Positions 20,491 through 34,477 of a stretch of DNA of 64,000 bases are shown here, in pieces (position 1 is the first letter of the stretch; every line of letters begins with the position of its first letter). Under the pieces are notes generated by a model, which saw only the letters and a list, made by a program, of their open reading frames with translations, ran no database searches and was not told the DNA's origin. The position numbers were made by a program, and so were the translations under genes. Source of the DNA: Salpingoeca rosetta (lineage: Eukaryota > Protista > Choanoflagellata); assembly GCA_033442325.1 (NCBI GenBank), contig JAWQFM010000036.1, positions 537,817 to 601,816 on the forward strand, read 5' to 3'.

Positions 20491-22367
20491 GCGATTGCTT
20501 TTTTCAGCCGTCCACAAATCCTTTGTTCTGATGTTCCCCTCCTTACACCACACACACACACACACACACACATATGCACACACAGGGTGGCGTGCTGCGC
20601 TTCTACCGGGGCATTGGGCCAGCGCTGCTGCAGGGACCGCTGTCGCGATTTGGCGACACGGCGGCCAACACGGGCATCCTCACGCTGCTCGACTCGTACG
20701 AGAGCACGCGCTCGCTCCCCGTTGCCGTGAAGACGGTGGCTGCATCTGGCACTGCCGCCCTTTGGCGCGTCGTCCTCATGCCCATCGACACGCTCAAGAC
20801 CGTCATGCAGGTGCGCCTGTGATGATTTGTGTGTGTGTATGATTTGTGAGCGTGTATGTATGTGTGTGTGTATGTTTGTGTATGTGTTTGTGTATGTGTT
20901 TGCATTCATGATTTCCCAGTGGATGTGAGCGCATGCTTTATCACACACACACGCACACGCTCCATCTCTGTCTCTGTCTCTGTCTCTGTTTCTGTCTTTC
21001 TCTCTCTGTCTCTGTCTCTGTCTCTGTCCTTGTTTCTTTCTCTCTTCCCCTTGTGCAACGCTCGAATGCGTGGCAACTCAACCAACTGCCCTCCCTACCA
21101 ACCAACCAACCAACCACAGGTTGAGGGTCACGATGGCATGACCAAGCTCCGCGCAAAGCTCAAGGTATTGCTGGCAGCAGCAAACATGTCCCATGACGCC
21201 CGGCGCCTGCTTGCTTGTGCACTGGTGTGCTCGTGTTAACGTGTGTTCTGCGCGAATCCGAAACCACTCATCCGCTCACTCGACCACCGCCCTCAACCAT
21301 CCATCCATTGCCACTCATTCATCAACCCCATCATCATCACCACCATCTCCCCCCCCCCCTTCCCGCAACACCCCGTGCCCTGACCCCCGGGTGTAGGCTG
21401 GTGGCCCGCGCGTGCTGTACCACGGCTCCCTCGCTGCGCTCTCTGCCACGTTTGTGGGCCACTTTCCCTGGTTTGCCACGTTCAACTACCTCAACGCCAC
21501 CATCCCAGAGGCAGAGGACAAGTGGGCGGTGCGTCTGTTTCTGTCTGTATCTGTTTGTTTGTGTGTGTTTGTTTGTATGTTTGTTTGTGTGTGTTTGTTT
21601 GTTTGTGTGTTTGTTTGTGTGTTTGTTTGTATGTTTGTTTGTGTGTTTGTTTGTGTGTTTGTTTGTTTGTTTGTTTGTGTGTTTGTTTGTTTGTATGTGT
21701 GTGTACATCACCTCATCATTGCCGCCCATTCACACCAATACCAACACCACACCCCATCATCATCATGACCCACCACCCACAACGACCACCGTGAGCAGAA
21801 GCTTGCCCGCCGCGCCGCCATTGGGTTCTGCTCGTCTGTCATCTCCGACACCACCAGCAACTCCATCCGTGTGACCAAGGTCACCAAGCAGGCGCACACG
21901 AAGCCCATCACGTATGTACAGGCGGTGCGCGAGGTCATCAGCAAGGACGGCGTCTCTGGACTCTTCTTCCGCGGTCTCGGCACCCGTCTCATTGCCAACG
22001 GCATGCAGGGCATGATGTTCACAGGCAAGTGTGCGAGTGTGTATGTGTGCGTGTGTGCGAGTGTGTATGTGTGTGTGTGTGTGTGTTTGTTTTGCTTGCT
22101 GGTGTTGTACACGCGTTTGTCTGTTCCGTCTCAGATGCGCCCAATCTCCTCTGTTCCCATCTCAAGCATCGTTTTCGACAGCCTTTCTCACTTGCACGAT
22201 TCTGCGTGTGTGTGTGCGTGTGTGTGCGTGTGCATGTGTGTGTGTGTGTGTTTGTGTGTGCGTGTGTGTGTGTGTGTGTTTGTGTGTGCGTGTGTTTGTG
22301 TGTGCGTGTGTGTGTGTGTGCTTTCACAGTTGTGTGGAAGGGCCTTGAGGAGCGCTTTACCAAGTAA
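19630..22367 (+). CDS. Mitochondrial carrier (SLC25)-family protein, atypical '[14 protein letters not shown]' subfamily (about 9 exons)
   Basis: Spliced: MATKD...|[20 protein letters not shown]|[17 protein letters not shown]|YRYGTS...|[28 protein letters not shown]...[12 protein letters not shown]|VEG...|...[20 protein letters not shown]...|...[15 protein letters not shown]...[22 protein letters not shown]|[12 protein letters not shown]. Confidence 0.9.
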
Positions 22368-25154
22368 CCGCGACATGACAGCCGCCAACCAACCACCCGC
22401 CCGTCCATCCATCCATCCATCCGTCCATCCATCCATCCATCCATCCATCCTCCAACAAGCCTTCTATTCATCAACAAGCCTTCTATCCATCAACGCTCCA
22501 TCCATCCATCACCACTCTTTCTTCCCTCATTCACAGCTGCCCCGCAGTCCTTCCCTCCCCCACCCCTCTCTCGGACTCGGCTCGTCTCATGTTCTCCCCC
22601 AAGTATTCCCATTCACATTCACACTCCCATTACCATTTTCATTTCAAGTTTCCAGCTCCGTTTTCACCCCCACCCTTCCACCACCAGACACATACCAGCT
22701 TACCAATCCTCTCCTCGTTAACCCCTTTGCTTGTCCCTTTCTCGTGTTCTGTTGATGTCTTCCATTCGTCTTCAGCGGTCTCCGCCTAGCATGCCCGCAA
22801 ACACGCAACCACACGCAAGCACGCACGCACACGCGTACGCACGTGCGCGTGTTGCGCTGCGCCACTCCATGCACCGCCACCACCGCCCCCCTCTGTGCCA
22901 CCCCCCTCCCGCCACACGATTGTTACCACCAGTCTGTTGTATCTACGATGGCGCGTGTGGCAGGGAGGGGCGAGAGCACAACTCCCCGTAATTTGCAGAC
23001 ACTTGCTTCCTCGTTAGATTCAGACAAGACTCGTTTTGATTGATACAATCGCATCAGACCCCCAATGAGGGGAATGTTGTGGTGGCGGTGGCTGACACAT
23101 GGTGGTGCTGCGTGGCCTTGGTTCTGGGCTTTGTTTTGTCTTCCTTTGTGTTCTTTGTTTCCCCGAGTTGTTGTTAGTTTTGTGTCTGTCACTCCCTCCC
23201 TCCCCCCTCCCCTTTTGTTTCACAGGACCCGTACAAGCGCTGTTGCTGCCTTGAAAATGGCACAGCGTGGTGGCGTGATTGTCTGTCAGTCGATTCCTTG
23301 TTTCTCATACGCATACGCTCACTAGTTGCACGCTCTCCTCTATCGCTTCTGCCCATGGCATGTGTCTTGGCAGTTGTTTCTGTCAGCTGTGTTGTTCGCC
23401 CCCAGCTTGACTGTTGCGTTTCCCTTTCGTTGCCCCTGTTCACCCCTGACTGTGCTCGTGGTGTCCTGCTGTTCTTTGACAAACACACGCACACACGCAC
23501 GCACGCATGCACCTGGTGTCAATCAACTCTGTTGTTTCTTCTCCCCCCTTTTTCGGCTTGGCTCGTTCATGGCAGTGAATAAAGACCTGGGTCTTGCTTG
23601 GTGCATGCATGATGCAACGTGAGGGCCGTTGATCCAACCACACACACACACACCCACACACACACACCCACACACACACACACACACACACACTGATGGG
23701 CTAATTGTGGGTTTACTTGAAGTTGGGCGTGAAGGGGGAAGAACATACGACCACCATCATCAAACAACAAACAACAAACAACAACGTACATTGTCACAAC
23801 ACCCAAGCAACACTCGATACCGGGCATAGCACATTCACGGTACGCAACCCGCACTGCAGACAGTGAGCAGCACAGGTGCAAACTATCAACAAATCAACAA
23901 CCAGAGGAAAGGAATGCAACTAATCGTGTGTCATGTCATCATCAGCAGCAAGCAAGTCAACTGTCACCACCACCACAACCGCTAGACACAATACACCACC
24001 ACCAACACTACCAGGCAGTCCAACCACATGCACTCGTCACACCACCAAGTTCCGTGGGCCAACGCGAAAGCTTTGACAGCAGCAGGCAGCAGCAGCAGCC
24101 GCAGGATGTGGAGTGCAGAGGGCATTGGAGCGAGATGGTGGGTGATGGCGACACAACACAGCACACGTCACATATGCAGGGCATGCGTGGCTGCATGTGT
24201 GCAAGTGTGTGTGCATGTGTGCATGCTTGCGCGGGTGGATAAAGGGGGCAGAGCGAACCAAGGAAACCAACAACGGGGGATTATCAAATCGACCCATGGA
24301 CACACTCTCAGATAGGGCAAAGGGGGATGACGTACTGCGGCCAAAGAGGGAAATCACCGAAACAGCGGCTCAGCGAAACGCATGAACGAATGAATGAAGC
24401 GTGAAAGAGAGACGGAAGAGAGAATGCTACCACAGCCACAGCGGCGAAGGGAAGCGGCTATATGTCGATATGGATATGGTGGCGACAACACAGCACATCA
24501 GCACCCAACCAGAGTTGGATTGGAACCAAAGGGGAAACTGGCCAACAAGAGACAAAACCAGCCACGCTTTGTGTGCAGTGTGCCACGAGAGCAAGGGAGA
24601 CGCGCGACCCGGTGAAAACGGGGACGACATTATGTAGGAAAAAAGGAACTAATCACCAAGCGATGATGGTGCACGCATCTGATGCTGGCGTGTGGATGGT
24701 TGGCAGGTACAAATGAAGTGGCAGTTGCCAACGCCACGCCGACGCAACACGTGGGTGCACTTGGCAGCTTGAATGGGTGCTGAATCCTGAACAGGGAGGG
24801 ATGAACACGGAACCGTGCAGAGCACCAAGGCTGAGGTGACGGACACACGGTGGCGTGTGGTTGGAGGGAGGCAACGAACTGGGCCATACTGAACCAAACC
24901 ACCAAGCCACCAAACGACTTCAACAAGGGCAGTTGTCAATAGAAGGCAACGTGAAGGAGAGTGAGGTAAGGGTGGAGGTTGAGGTAGACTTAGGGGTCGA
25001 GGTAAAGAGATGCTATCAACGACTACAGGCGAATTGTTGAGGCGAAAACACGTCTTGAAAGCACGAGAGATCAACAACGACAACGACCAATAAAGGAAAG
25101 AAAAACAACACGCAACAGCGACATCAACAATGCGACAGCACGCCAAAACCAAGG

Positions 25155-25201
<47 letters not shown>

Positions 25202-25844
25202 AAACGGAACCTGGTGCGTGGGAACTGAAGCGAACTGAGGGTTGGGGGCTAACGACCAAGCTGGTAGAGGGAGGAAAGAAGTAGTAGCAGCAGCAACAGC
25301 GAAAGGGATGATGCTAGATGGAGTATAGGAAGCGCTAATGCCAAAATGAAACGAACGGCTGACCAATACAAAACACACAAACAAGTAAGAGAGGCGAAGA
25401 GGAGAGGGTAGCTAGACCAAGGCAAACTCAAAGCCAACATGGAAAAAAAAAGAAGAAGAAAGAAACCACAAAAACAACATCGCTTGAGAGAGAGAGAAAG
25501 CGAAAAACACATCTATGCTGAAGGGAAAGCGTGGCAGGAACATGAAACAACGCGACTGCCCACGTGGCTGTTGGCAGGTGCACACTGACGGGCAGGTGGA
25601 GGTGTCACGTCACACCCATGCGCACAACAGAGCAACCTGCACATGCACACGTACAGCAGCCATCGTGGTGGAAGGGGGTAAAGGTTGCTCACAAAGAGCT
25701 CTTGAACGACAACTACAACTGAAACTGGGAAGACGAAGAGGAAAGAGAGAAAGGAGTTGGGGGGGGGAGGATAGGGAGAGAGAGAGAGAGAGACACGCAC
25801 GCACGCACGCGCAAAGAGGTCGACGTGCAATTGGAGCCATTGCA

Positions 25845-26289
25845 TCACTCATTATCGCCAATGCTGCCGTGGTGACTGCTGCCGGCATTGTCACGGTCAT
25901 CATCACTCATGGTGGTCATGGATGCAATGACAGAGGTGGCGGCGCCCACGGCCACGTGCGTTTCGCCATCGCCTTCACCATCGTCGTCCGTCACGCCCCA
26001 TGCCGCTCTGCTTGCAAGCAACGTCTGCTCCATCATGGCGTCATCGGAGGTGGTGGTGGTGGTGGTGGCGGGCGACATGTCATAGAAAGGGCTGCCAAAC
26101 GCATCATAAGGCGAGGATGATGACAACAGCGAGTGCATGCTTCCGGCCTGCTGCTGCTGCTGCTGCTGTTGCTGCCGGAATGCAGCTTCCTGTGCCATCA
26201 TGGCTGCACGTTGCTGCTGTTGCTGGTGGTGGTGTGGGCTGTAGGGGTGCGGCGGGGTGTGCGAGGGGATGGGAGACTGTGACGTCTGC

Positions 26290-26328
<39 letters not shown>

Positions 26329-27147
26329 TGTGGGTAGTGTGGTTGGAACTGCGGAGAGCCAAACCCACCGCCCATCTGCTGGGGCGACCCCGGAGCCACG
26401 CGCCGCTGCTGTGCACTGGCAGCGCCCGGCTGCTGGTAGTACAGCATCTCGTTGAGCGTCATCATGCGCTGCTGCTGCTGCTGTTGGCTGCGCTGGCGCA
26501 TGTCATCACCGCCACTGCTGCTGCTGCCGTTGTTGGTGCTGCTGCTGTTACCGAGCGAAGGCAGATCGCGCAGCTGCTGCAGCGGTTCAAGGGCGCCATA
26601 TCCTCCGCTGCCACCACCGTGGAGCTGCTGGGCCACGCCGCGTGCGTCCATGGCACCGCCAAACGGCTGCTGCTGGTGATGGTGTGACACGGTCAGGCGA
26701 GCCATGCTGTCTGCAATGTCGTGTCCGGCAGTGGACCACTGCTGCTCCTGCGCCAGTGGCGACGGCCCGCCGTACGCCGCCGTGTACGCATCCGGGTCAA
26801 TCATGCCTGCAGGCAATGGCGAGTTGCAAGGGGCGGAGTGGAGTGGTGGCGTTGTTGTGGTTCATGGCGACGGTTGGTGGTGGTGCGGTGTGAGATGGAG
26901 AGGTGTGTGAAAAGAGGGGCTTCAAATAGAAACTTGGCGCAGACGACAACCACAATGACACTAAGAAGCGAATTAAAACAACAACAACAACAAAAAAAAA
27001 AGAAAAGAAAAAAAGTCACGAACAAACACTGAAGAAACACAGCAACACCCCACCCATGCCCAAGCAAGCAAGGCGCGTGTTGCATCCTACCGTGCTGTGC
27101 CTGGAGAGAGCGGGAACGTGCCCTGCCAACCGCCGTCTCGTGCGCCG

Positions 27148-27178
<31 letters not shown>

Positions 27179-28105
27179 CTGCTGGGTGTTGATGGGAGTA
27201 GCACCGGGAGCTGCTGATGGTGGCACGTGTCCAGCATCGGACCACGCGCGAGCACTGAACGACCGCTGGCGACCTGCGGCGTCCTGCAGTGGCGGTGGCG
27301 GCACTCCCCCGTACCGCTGCGTCGAGGCAGCCCGGCCGTGGCCTGGTGGGTGGTGGTGGTAGGAGGGGGTGAAACAGGGGGTGCGGGAAGGAAGACGGTC
27401 AAGAAACAGCAGATGTGTGAGTACATGAGCGTGATGTTCGTGTGCTGTTAAGTGTTCACGCTACAAACGCGCACGGGCACACACGCACACACGTACGCAC
27501 GCATGCATGCACGCACGCACGCATGCATATGCGTGGCCGTTCTTAACGTACTTGGCTGTCTGTAGTTCCTGCTTGGGGAGCGGTTGCCATCGGTTGCCTT
27601 GGGCTCGGCACGCTTCACCTCCACCATCTTGCCGAGCAGGTCGTGGTAGTGCAGTGAGACAACGTGCTCCGCCACCTGCTCCGACACAAACGTGACAAAG
27701 CCAAAGCCGCGCGGGAGGCGAGTCTGCTTGTCGTGGATGACAACTGCCTCCTCAATCTCGCCAAAGTTTGAGAAGAAGCCAATCAGGGCCTCGTCTGTTG
27801 CGTTGGATGGCAGTCCACCGACAAACACCTTTCGGGCAGACTGCGAAACAGGAGGGGGTGGGGGTGGTGATGTGGTTTGTGGTTAATAGTTGGTGACATG
27901 TGGGTGGCGTGGTGTGTGTGTGTTGGTGTGTGTGTGTGCGTGCGTGTTGGTGTGTGTGTATGGTGATTGGGGTGCGGGAGGCGTTGTTTGTGAAAGTGAG
28001 GCAGTTGGTGAGCCCCGAGTTAGTAACACACGAGAGGACCAAACAAAACCGCGTTGATGCGCGCGTGTCAACGTAGAAATAAAACGCACAGCAGCGACGT
28101 CGGAA

Positions 28106-28154
<49 letters not shown>

Positions 28155-28455
28155 GCGTGTGTGTCAGGGCCCAGGGGGATGGCAGCAAGGACAGGGGGGC
28201 GCGTTGCACATGCAAAAAAAAGGGGAGGAGACAAACAAAGGATATCGACATGTGTGTGTGTGTGTGATGGTTGATAGAAACAATATGGCAAAAATCGCAT
28301 GGGTGTGAGCGCTGACGCGTTCGACAATCGAACGGAATGGAGAATTCACACACGTGCGCCATGGAAGCAATATCGACAATGTGATGATGTTCGCGCACGA
28401 CCGCTCGACTTGCGATCATACCCACGCACGTGTGCGTTCATGTGTGTGTGTGTGA

Positions 28456-28502
<47 letters not shown>

Positions 28503-28517
28503 TGTGTGTGTGTGTGC

Positions 28518-28563
<46 letters not shown>

Positions 28564-28772
28564 GTGTCCTATGCATCCCGATTTCTATAAGTAGTAATCC
28601 GCCCGCAAGCGTACGGAGCCGTAGCTTCGATCGAGACGATTTGTACCCTGGGCGAGCTAAATCGTTGACTTAGGTGTCTGTCACTCTCATCAGGGCCCCG
28701 ACGGTCAGGAAGCCTCGGGGGTTACCGGGTAGAGATTCCGCGAGTTTTGTGTGTGTGTGTGTGTGTGTCGTG

Positions 28773-28816
<44 letters not shown>

Positions 28817-29308
28817 GTGTGTGTGTGTGTAGTGCAGCGGCCCACCCTGCCTCGAGGTGCGGCTGGCGCCGACGACGACCGGGAGTGTTGCTCCATCTGC
28901 TCGCGCGGCACGGCCATCTTCGGGTCGACTTCACGCCCGTCGATAATGTGCGGCCGCTCCCGCAGCACCTTGGCGCAGCACCGCCCGTCACGGAACGTCA
29001 CAAACCCAAAGCCCCTGCACACACGTGGGGCCGATGGTGATGGGGGTGGCGGTTGTGCGTGAGTGTATGAGTGAGTGAGTGTATGAATGAGTGAGTGTAT
29101 GAGTGAGTGAGTGTCTGAGTGAGTGAGTGAGTGAGTGAGTGTGAGTGTGTGTGTGTGTGTGTGTGAGTGTGAGAGTGCGAGGGTGTGTCTAGTAGATATC
29201 AGCAGTGCATGAAGTTGTCACCATGTACCTTGTGCGGCCTGTGGTTGCATCTGTCATGACCACGCAGTCGACGACTTCGCCGAAGCGCGAAAAGTACCCC
29301 TTCAGCCG

Positions 29309-29351
<43 letters not shown>

Positions 29352-31027
29352 GAAGATGAGGAGGTGTGAAGATGAGGAGGTGTGAAGATGAGGATGTGTG
29401 AAGATGAGGAGGTGTGAAGATGGCAACAAGGCGGACGAAGGCAAGCACACGAATGAATAGCACAGCCAATGCAAACAATATCAAACAATACCAACAAACG
29501 AACAAAGACAAAGTCTTACCTCTATTGGTTTCGGGGCTGAGGCCGCCAACAAACATTTTGCTGTCAGTCACAACCAAACGCGCAGGAGTAAACATGAAAT
29601 GAAAATAAGCATGTGCATGAACGCGCGTGAGTAAAGAGCAGACATCAGTAAGCCCACACAAAACAAACCTTCACACCACACACACACATACCACGCACGC
29701 ATGCATGCACACACACACACACCACACACACGCACGCATGCACCGCGTACCCTGGGATGATTTGCTGTTGTGTGGAGAGGAGGTTGGTGGCCGACGAGTG
29801 ACCGTGTTGCTGCTGCTGGTGTTGCTGTTGTTCGGATGGCGCGTACAGCGACTGGGAGCGTGTGGTGCGCACATCACCACCACCACCACCACCACCACCG
29901 CCCATTGGTCCCATGCCCATACCGTGCTGCTGCTGGTATGGCATGCCGTGCTGCTGGTATTGGAGGTGCGCAGGATCCATGCCATCGGCCTGCCCGCGCA
30001 TGTGGTGGTGCGGCGACTGTGACCCGTTTGCACGAGGCGACTGCATCGGGAACGTTGGCATGTGCTGTTGCTGCTGCTGCTGCTGCTGGTAGCCGGATGG
30101 CGGGAGGGAGTTGGCGCGCACCTCACGCGTGCCGCCACCACCCATCATCATGGATGACGATGGCGACTGCGAGCGGTGGTCGCTGCCCGGGTGATATGAG
30201 GGCGGTGTCATGCCGCTGGTGCCGTTCATGCCGCCACCATAGTACCCTTGCTGCTGGGACTGCTGGGACTGTTGGGACTGCATGGGGTGCGGGTGCTTGA
30301 GGAGGTGCATGTTGTTGCTGCTGCCGCCGGCAGTGTTCGTGTTTCCGAAGTCGTAGTCGCCTTGGTGCGATGGGAACGGGGCCATGTATGGCGAGGCCCC
30401 GTTGGCCAAACCGCCCATGTATCCGCCGTTGCTGCCGTTGGTGCTGCCGTTGGTGCTGCCGTGCTGTCCCATGTTGGCCGCGCCGCCTGCTGTGGACGAC
30501 GACAGCGACTGCGCGTGCGACTGCGAGTGCGAGCGGGAGAGGGATGATGACGACAGGGAGGATGTGGAGCGGAGCGGAGACGCCGGCATGCCACCATCAC
30601 CACTGGTGCCGCTGCCGCTGTTGACTGTGGCGGCTGCAGTTGTCGCAGTTGTCGTCGTCGCCGCCGTGGTTGTGGTGGTTGCGCCCGATCCGTCATCGGA
30701 GCTGACGCCGCGAAGGGCCTCTGCATATCGGCGGCGGTTCTGCTGCATGGATGGCTGCGATGTGACCGGTGGCGGTGGCGGCGGCAGCGTGTTCTCCGAG
30801 TTGTTGCGGGAACGATTCACAGCCTGCGAGTACTGCTGTTGTTGGTGGTGTTGCTGTTGGTGGTGCTGCTGTTGGTGCTGGTGTTGGTGGTGCTGCTGGT
30901 GGTGGTGGTGCTGGTGTTGTTGCTGGTGGTGTTGGTGTTGGTGCTGGGGCGGCTGTTGCTGCTGGTGCGGGTTACCGGAGATGGAGTCGAGGTCGTCCAG
31001 CGCCGCGAGCACATTCATCGTGTCCAT
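25845..31027 (-). CDS. Musashi/DAZAP1/hnRNP-A-like two-RRM RNA-binding protein with long Q/H/G-rich arms
   Basis: RRM1: [49 protein letters not shown]...HIIDGREVDPKMAVPR. RRM2: [49 protein letters not shown]...GKMVEVKRAEPK. Seven phase-consistent exons. Confidence 0.92.
28569..28748. ncRNA. Candidate structured intronic RNA or foreign insert, unassigned
   Basis: High-complexity island between two GT microsatellites, with several stems (28635-28643/28658-28666; 28696-28701/28715-28720; 28598-28601/28614-28617; 28580-28587/28730-28737) and TTTT at its + strand end. Confidence 0.35.
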
Positions 31028-31459
31028 CCTGGATGGTCGTGTCAAAAGCGAAGTCAAGGGAATGAAAGGGGGAGTGTGTGTGGACGAAGGGGGAGTTCTT
31101 GGTTGGTGTTGAGCTGCTGAAGTGGTCGGAAAACAAACACGAGTGTAAAGAAGAAGGGAGGAGGTAGCGTGCGATCGATCGGCCCCTGTGTTGAGATTGG
31201 TCTTGGTAGGTTGGGTGGTGTTGGTTGGAAGTATGGAGGGCTCGGGTGCGTGCGCGTGAGCTAGTGGCAACCCATGTGCTCCTCGCTCTACCAAAGAAGA
31301 AGAACGAGGAGGAAGACAATGACGACGAGAAGAGCGGGCGAGGGAGACGGAGGCGAGGAAAGGAAGGTGGGAAGGCGGGGAGGAAAAAAAACGTGGACTA
31401 CAGCTCGCTCTCGGCTGTTGGTTGATTGATTGGAAGGCCACTTGTTTGCAGGGATCTGT

Positions 31460-31536
<77 letters not shown>

Positions 31537-32607
31537 GGTGGTTCGTGTTTGGTGAGCAAAGACGATGATGTGAACTGGAAACACGGCAGGATACTTGACA
31601 CGCAAAGGGGAAAAGGGTGTTGGAATGGATGCAGGGTCGGTGGGGGCGGCAAGGTAACTGGGGTGTGGACAAGCACAGAGATCGAAGAAGCACCGCAGAA
31701 ATCCAAGGACAGAACAAGGCAGTGCCGCTCACAGTCACGCATGACACACGCACGACACGCACGCACCTGCTGAAATAACCAAAGGACAGACGAAGGCAGT
31801 GTGGTGCTGTTGAGAATGAAGCAACAGCGGCAAATGGAATGGATCGGTGAGTAGAAGGGCGGTGGGAAGATTGCAGGGAGAAGGCGAACGGGAACCGGGC
31901 ACGGGAGAAACAAAACAAACCAAAACAAAACAACACAAACAAGCTCTCAAGAAGCAAGTTCGGCAGTAAGAAGCAGACAGGCAGACAAGGCCAGGCAAGG
32001 CAAAGCACAAAGACAAAGGACAAAAATCAAAACAAACGACAGCCAGGTATGTGTGTGTGAAAGGGAGTGCGTGTGTGGGTGTGGATGTGAACACGGAGAG
32101 ACAGGTGCTTCAGTGCCGAGTGTTGAGGCCACTCTCCCCTCGCCACCTGCCAACGCACACGCACGTACACATACACACACCTGCACACACACGAACACCT
32201 CTCAAGGCACACACACACACACACACACACTTGACTTACCACGACAACAACGAAACAACAAGCGCAAAGCCAGGCTCGGGTGCGTAATGCCTCCTGTGTC
32301 TTGCCGCTCCTCTTTCTCTCTTGCTTTTTGCTTTGCTTCTTGCTTGTTTCTTGTGGCTTCTTCTTTGCCTTGCTTGTTGCCTTGCTGTTTGGATTCTGCT
32401 GGCCTTTGTTTTGTTTTTTGTTGTTGTTCCCCAGCGACGATCCGTTGAAGATGCGCACAGGAAATCGGTGGCGTGATGCGAAAGATGTTCGCAAACTATC
32501 GGCCGCGCGTTGCTTGCGCGGCGTCGTGTCCGCCTTTTCGACCCCCAACAATAAAAAAAAAAAAACCAGGAAGGCGGATTCGGAAAAGCCTCAAGCTAGG
32601 CTGTGTG

Positions 32608-32617
32608 CTATAAATAG
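32608..32617 (+). promoter_or_regulatory. TATA-like / MEF2-consensus element in the divergent RRM-kinesin intergenic region
   Basis: CTATAAATAG, about 340 nt upstream of the kinesin ATG. Motif match only. Confidence 0.3.
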
Positions 32618-32954
32618 GGAAATGCTTATCTTGTGCAAAACTCGCAAAGATCCTCCGGGAGAAATTCAAAACCGAAAACAGCAACGGACGATTGGTTGGT
32701 TGGTTGGTTGGTCGAATATGGAGACGGGGATGAGGGTGTGAGAGGGATGAGGGGGGTGAATGTTGGTGTGTCCGTGGGTGCATGTTGGTGTGGGGGACAG
32801 CCTGTCGGGAGCACGTGTGAATGTGTGTGTGTGTGTGTGATTGTACGGGTAAGAACTTGTTTGTTTGCGTTGGTATTTGCACGTCATTGCGCATGCGCTC
32901 ATGTACATGCACGTTTGGTGTGGTGTGTCGCAGTGCCGTGCAGCGACAGCCATC

Positions 32955-33704
32955 ATGTCGTTTTCGCCCAACATGGATCAAGTGGAGCCCGCGCGCGTCG
33001 CGGCATCCCAGGTGGGTGTGTGGGTGGGGGCGAGGGAATGGGTGTGTGTGTGGGTGTGTGTGTGTTATGATCTCGCTGTATGGGTGTGTGTGTGGATGAT
33101 GAGGTCACCGCGCTTGAGTGTGTGTGGTGTGTTTGTGTTTGTGTACGTTTCGCTCATGCCACATGCTTTCCCAATGCTGCTATGATAATGCTCTGTTAGG
33201 TCGAAGACATCAAAACACGGCTCTTTGACAACTGGGACGAGACTGGTGTGTGCAAAGAGAGCAGAGATTTTACAGGTGGATGTGGTTGGAGTTGTGGCTG
33301 AGGTGATGTGTTGAATTGTGCGTGTGTCAGTTTGCTGGTGCACGCAGAGGTCCTCCCGTACCGGCATACACATACACACACGCACTCACATACACGTACA
33401 AACGCACTCGCACACATACACGTACAAACGCACGCTACCACGCACTCACACACACATACACGTACAAACGCACTCACACACACACAAACGCTCTCTCTCT
33501 CTCTCTCTCTCGCTTGCTGTGGCAGAGATGGCGATGGAACAGGATCAGGAGAACGTGGGCGTGAACAAGAGCGCCCCGGCAGCAAAGACGCGGCTGTCCA
33601 CCAAGATCCAATCAGACGCACAGAGCACGTTCATGAAGGTGTTCCTGCGCATTCGCCCCTTTACCGACGAAGAAATCGCCAAGCGCGAGGCACAAGGGGT
33701 GCGC

Positions 33705-33748
<44 letters not shown>

Positions 33749-34046
33749 GCGTGCGCGTGAGTAAGTGTTTGCGGGGCGTCAGTACTAGATGTAATTGCGT
33801 GTGTGAGCGTATCAAAGAGAAACATTGCTGCCCATTTTTCTGCCACAGTTCGTTTGCAAGTGGGACGGGCTTGAGAAATTAGTGGTACAACCCCCGTCGC
33901 GTGCATCTTACATTCTTGCCTCACACGTGTCGCTGGATTGCATTGTGTGGACACAGGTTGTGCGCGTGCTGGACAACATGACTGTTCGCGCGCAAGCGCC
34001 GCTGACATCCAAGGCGTTCAAGTCCAACAGTCAGACAAACGTGCGG

Positions 34047-34097
<51 letters not shown>

Positions 34098-34422
34098 GGG
34101 AATTTTTTTGGGAGCGAAAGGCAAAGGAGGAATGCGTGCGTGGGCGTGCGTGCGTGTTTGTACTATCTTGACAATGTCACACCACCGCAAGCCACATGTC
34201 ACACCAATACGAATGTTAACACGCGAGAACAAACATGCACACGCGTGCTTCCATGGTTGCCTGTGTGTTTGGGACATTTGCAGCAAATTGGCAAGTTCTC
34301 GTTCACGCGTGTGTTCAAGGAGAACACGACGCAGCGCGACTTTTTCCGCACAACGACACTTCCAATGCTGCAGGTACTTGAGGTGTGCGAGGGAGGGAGG
34401 AGAGAGGGGGATGATTGTTGCC

Positions 34423-34477
<55 letters not shown>

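Noticed and set aside
28615-28700. tRNA-like GGAGCCGTAGCT start; hammerhead, U3, SRP and 5S resemblances in the island
   Set aside because: No T-loop or acceptor complement, no GAAA after stem II, and the required boxes are missing, so the island is left unassigned.
31028-32023. N-terminal ~330 aa of the 792-aa ORF
   Set aside because: Pyrimidine-rich UTR/intron-like sequence with a CA repeat and a non-ATG start. Coding character begins at MDTMNV (31027).
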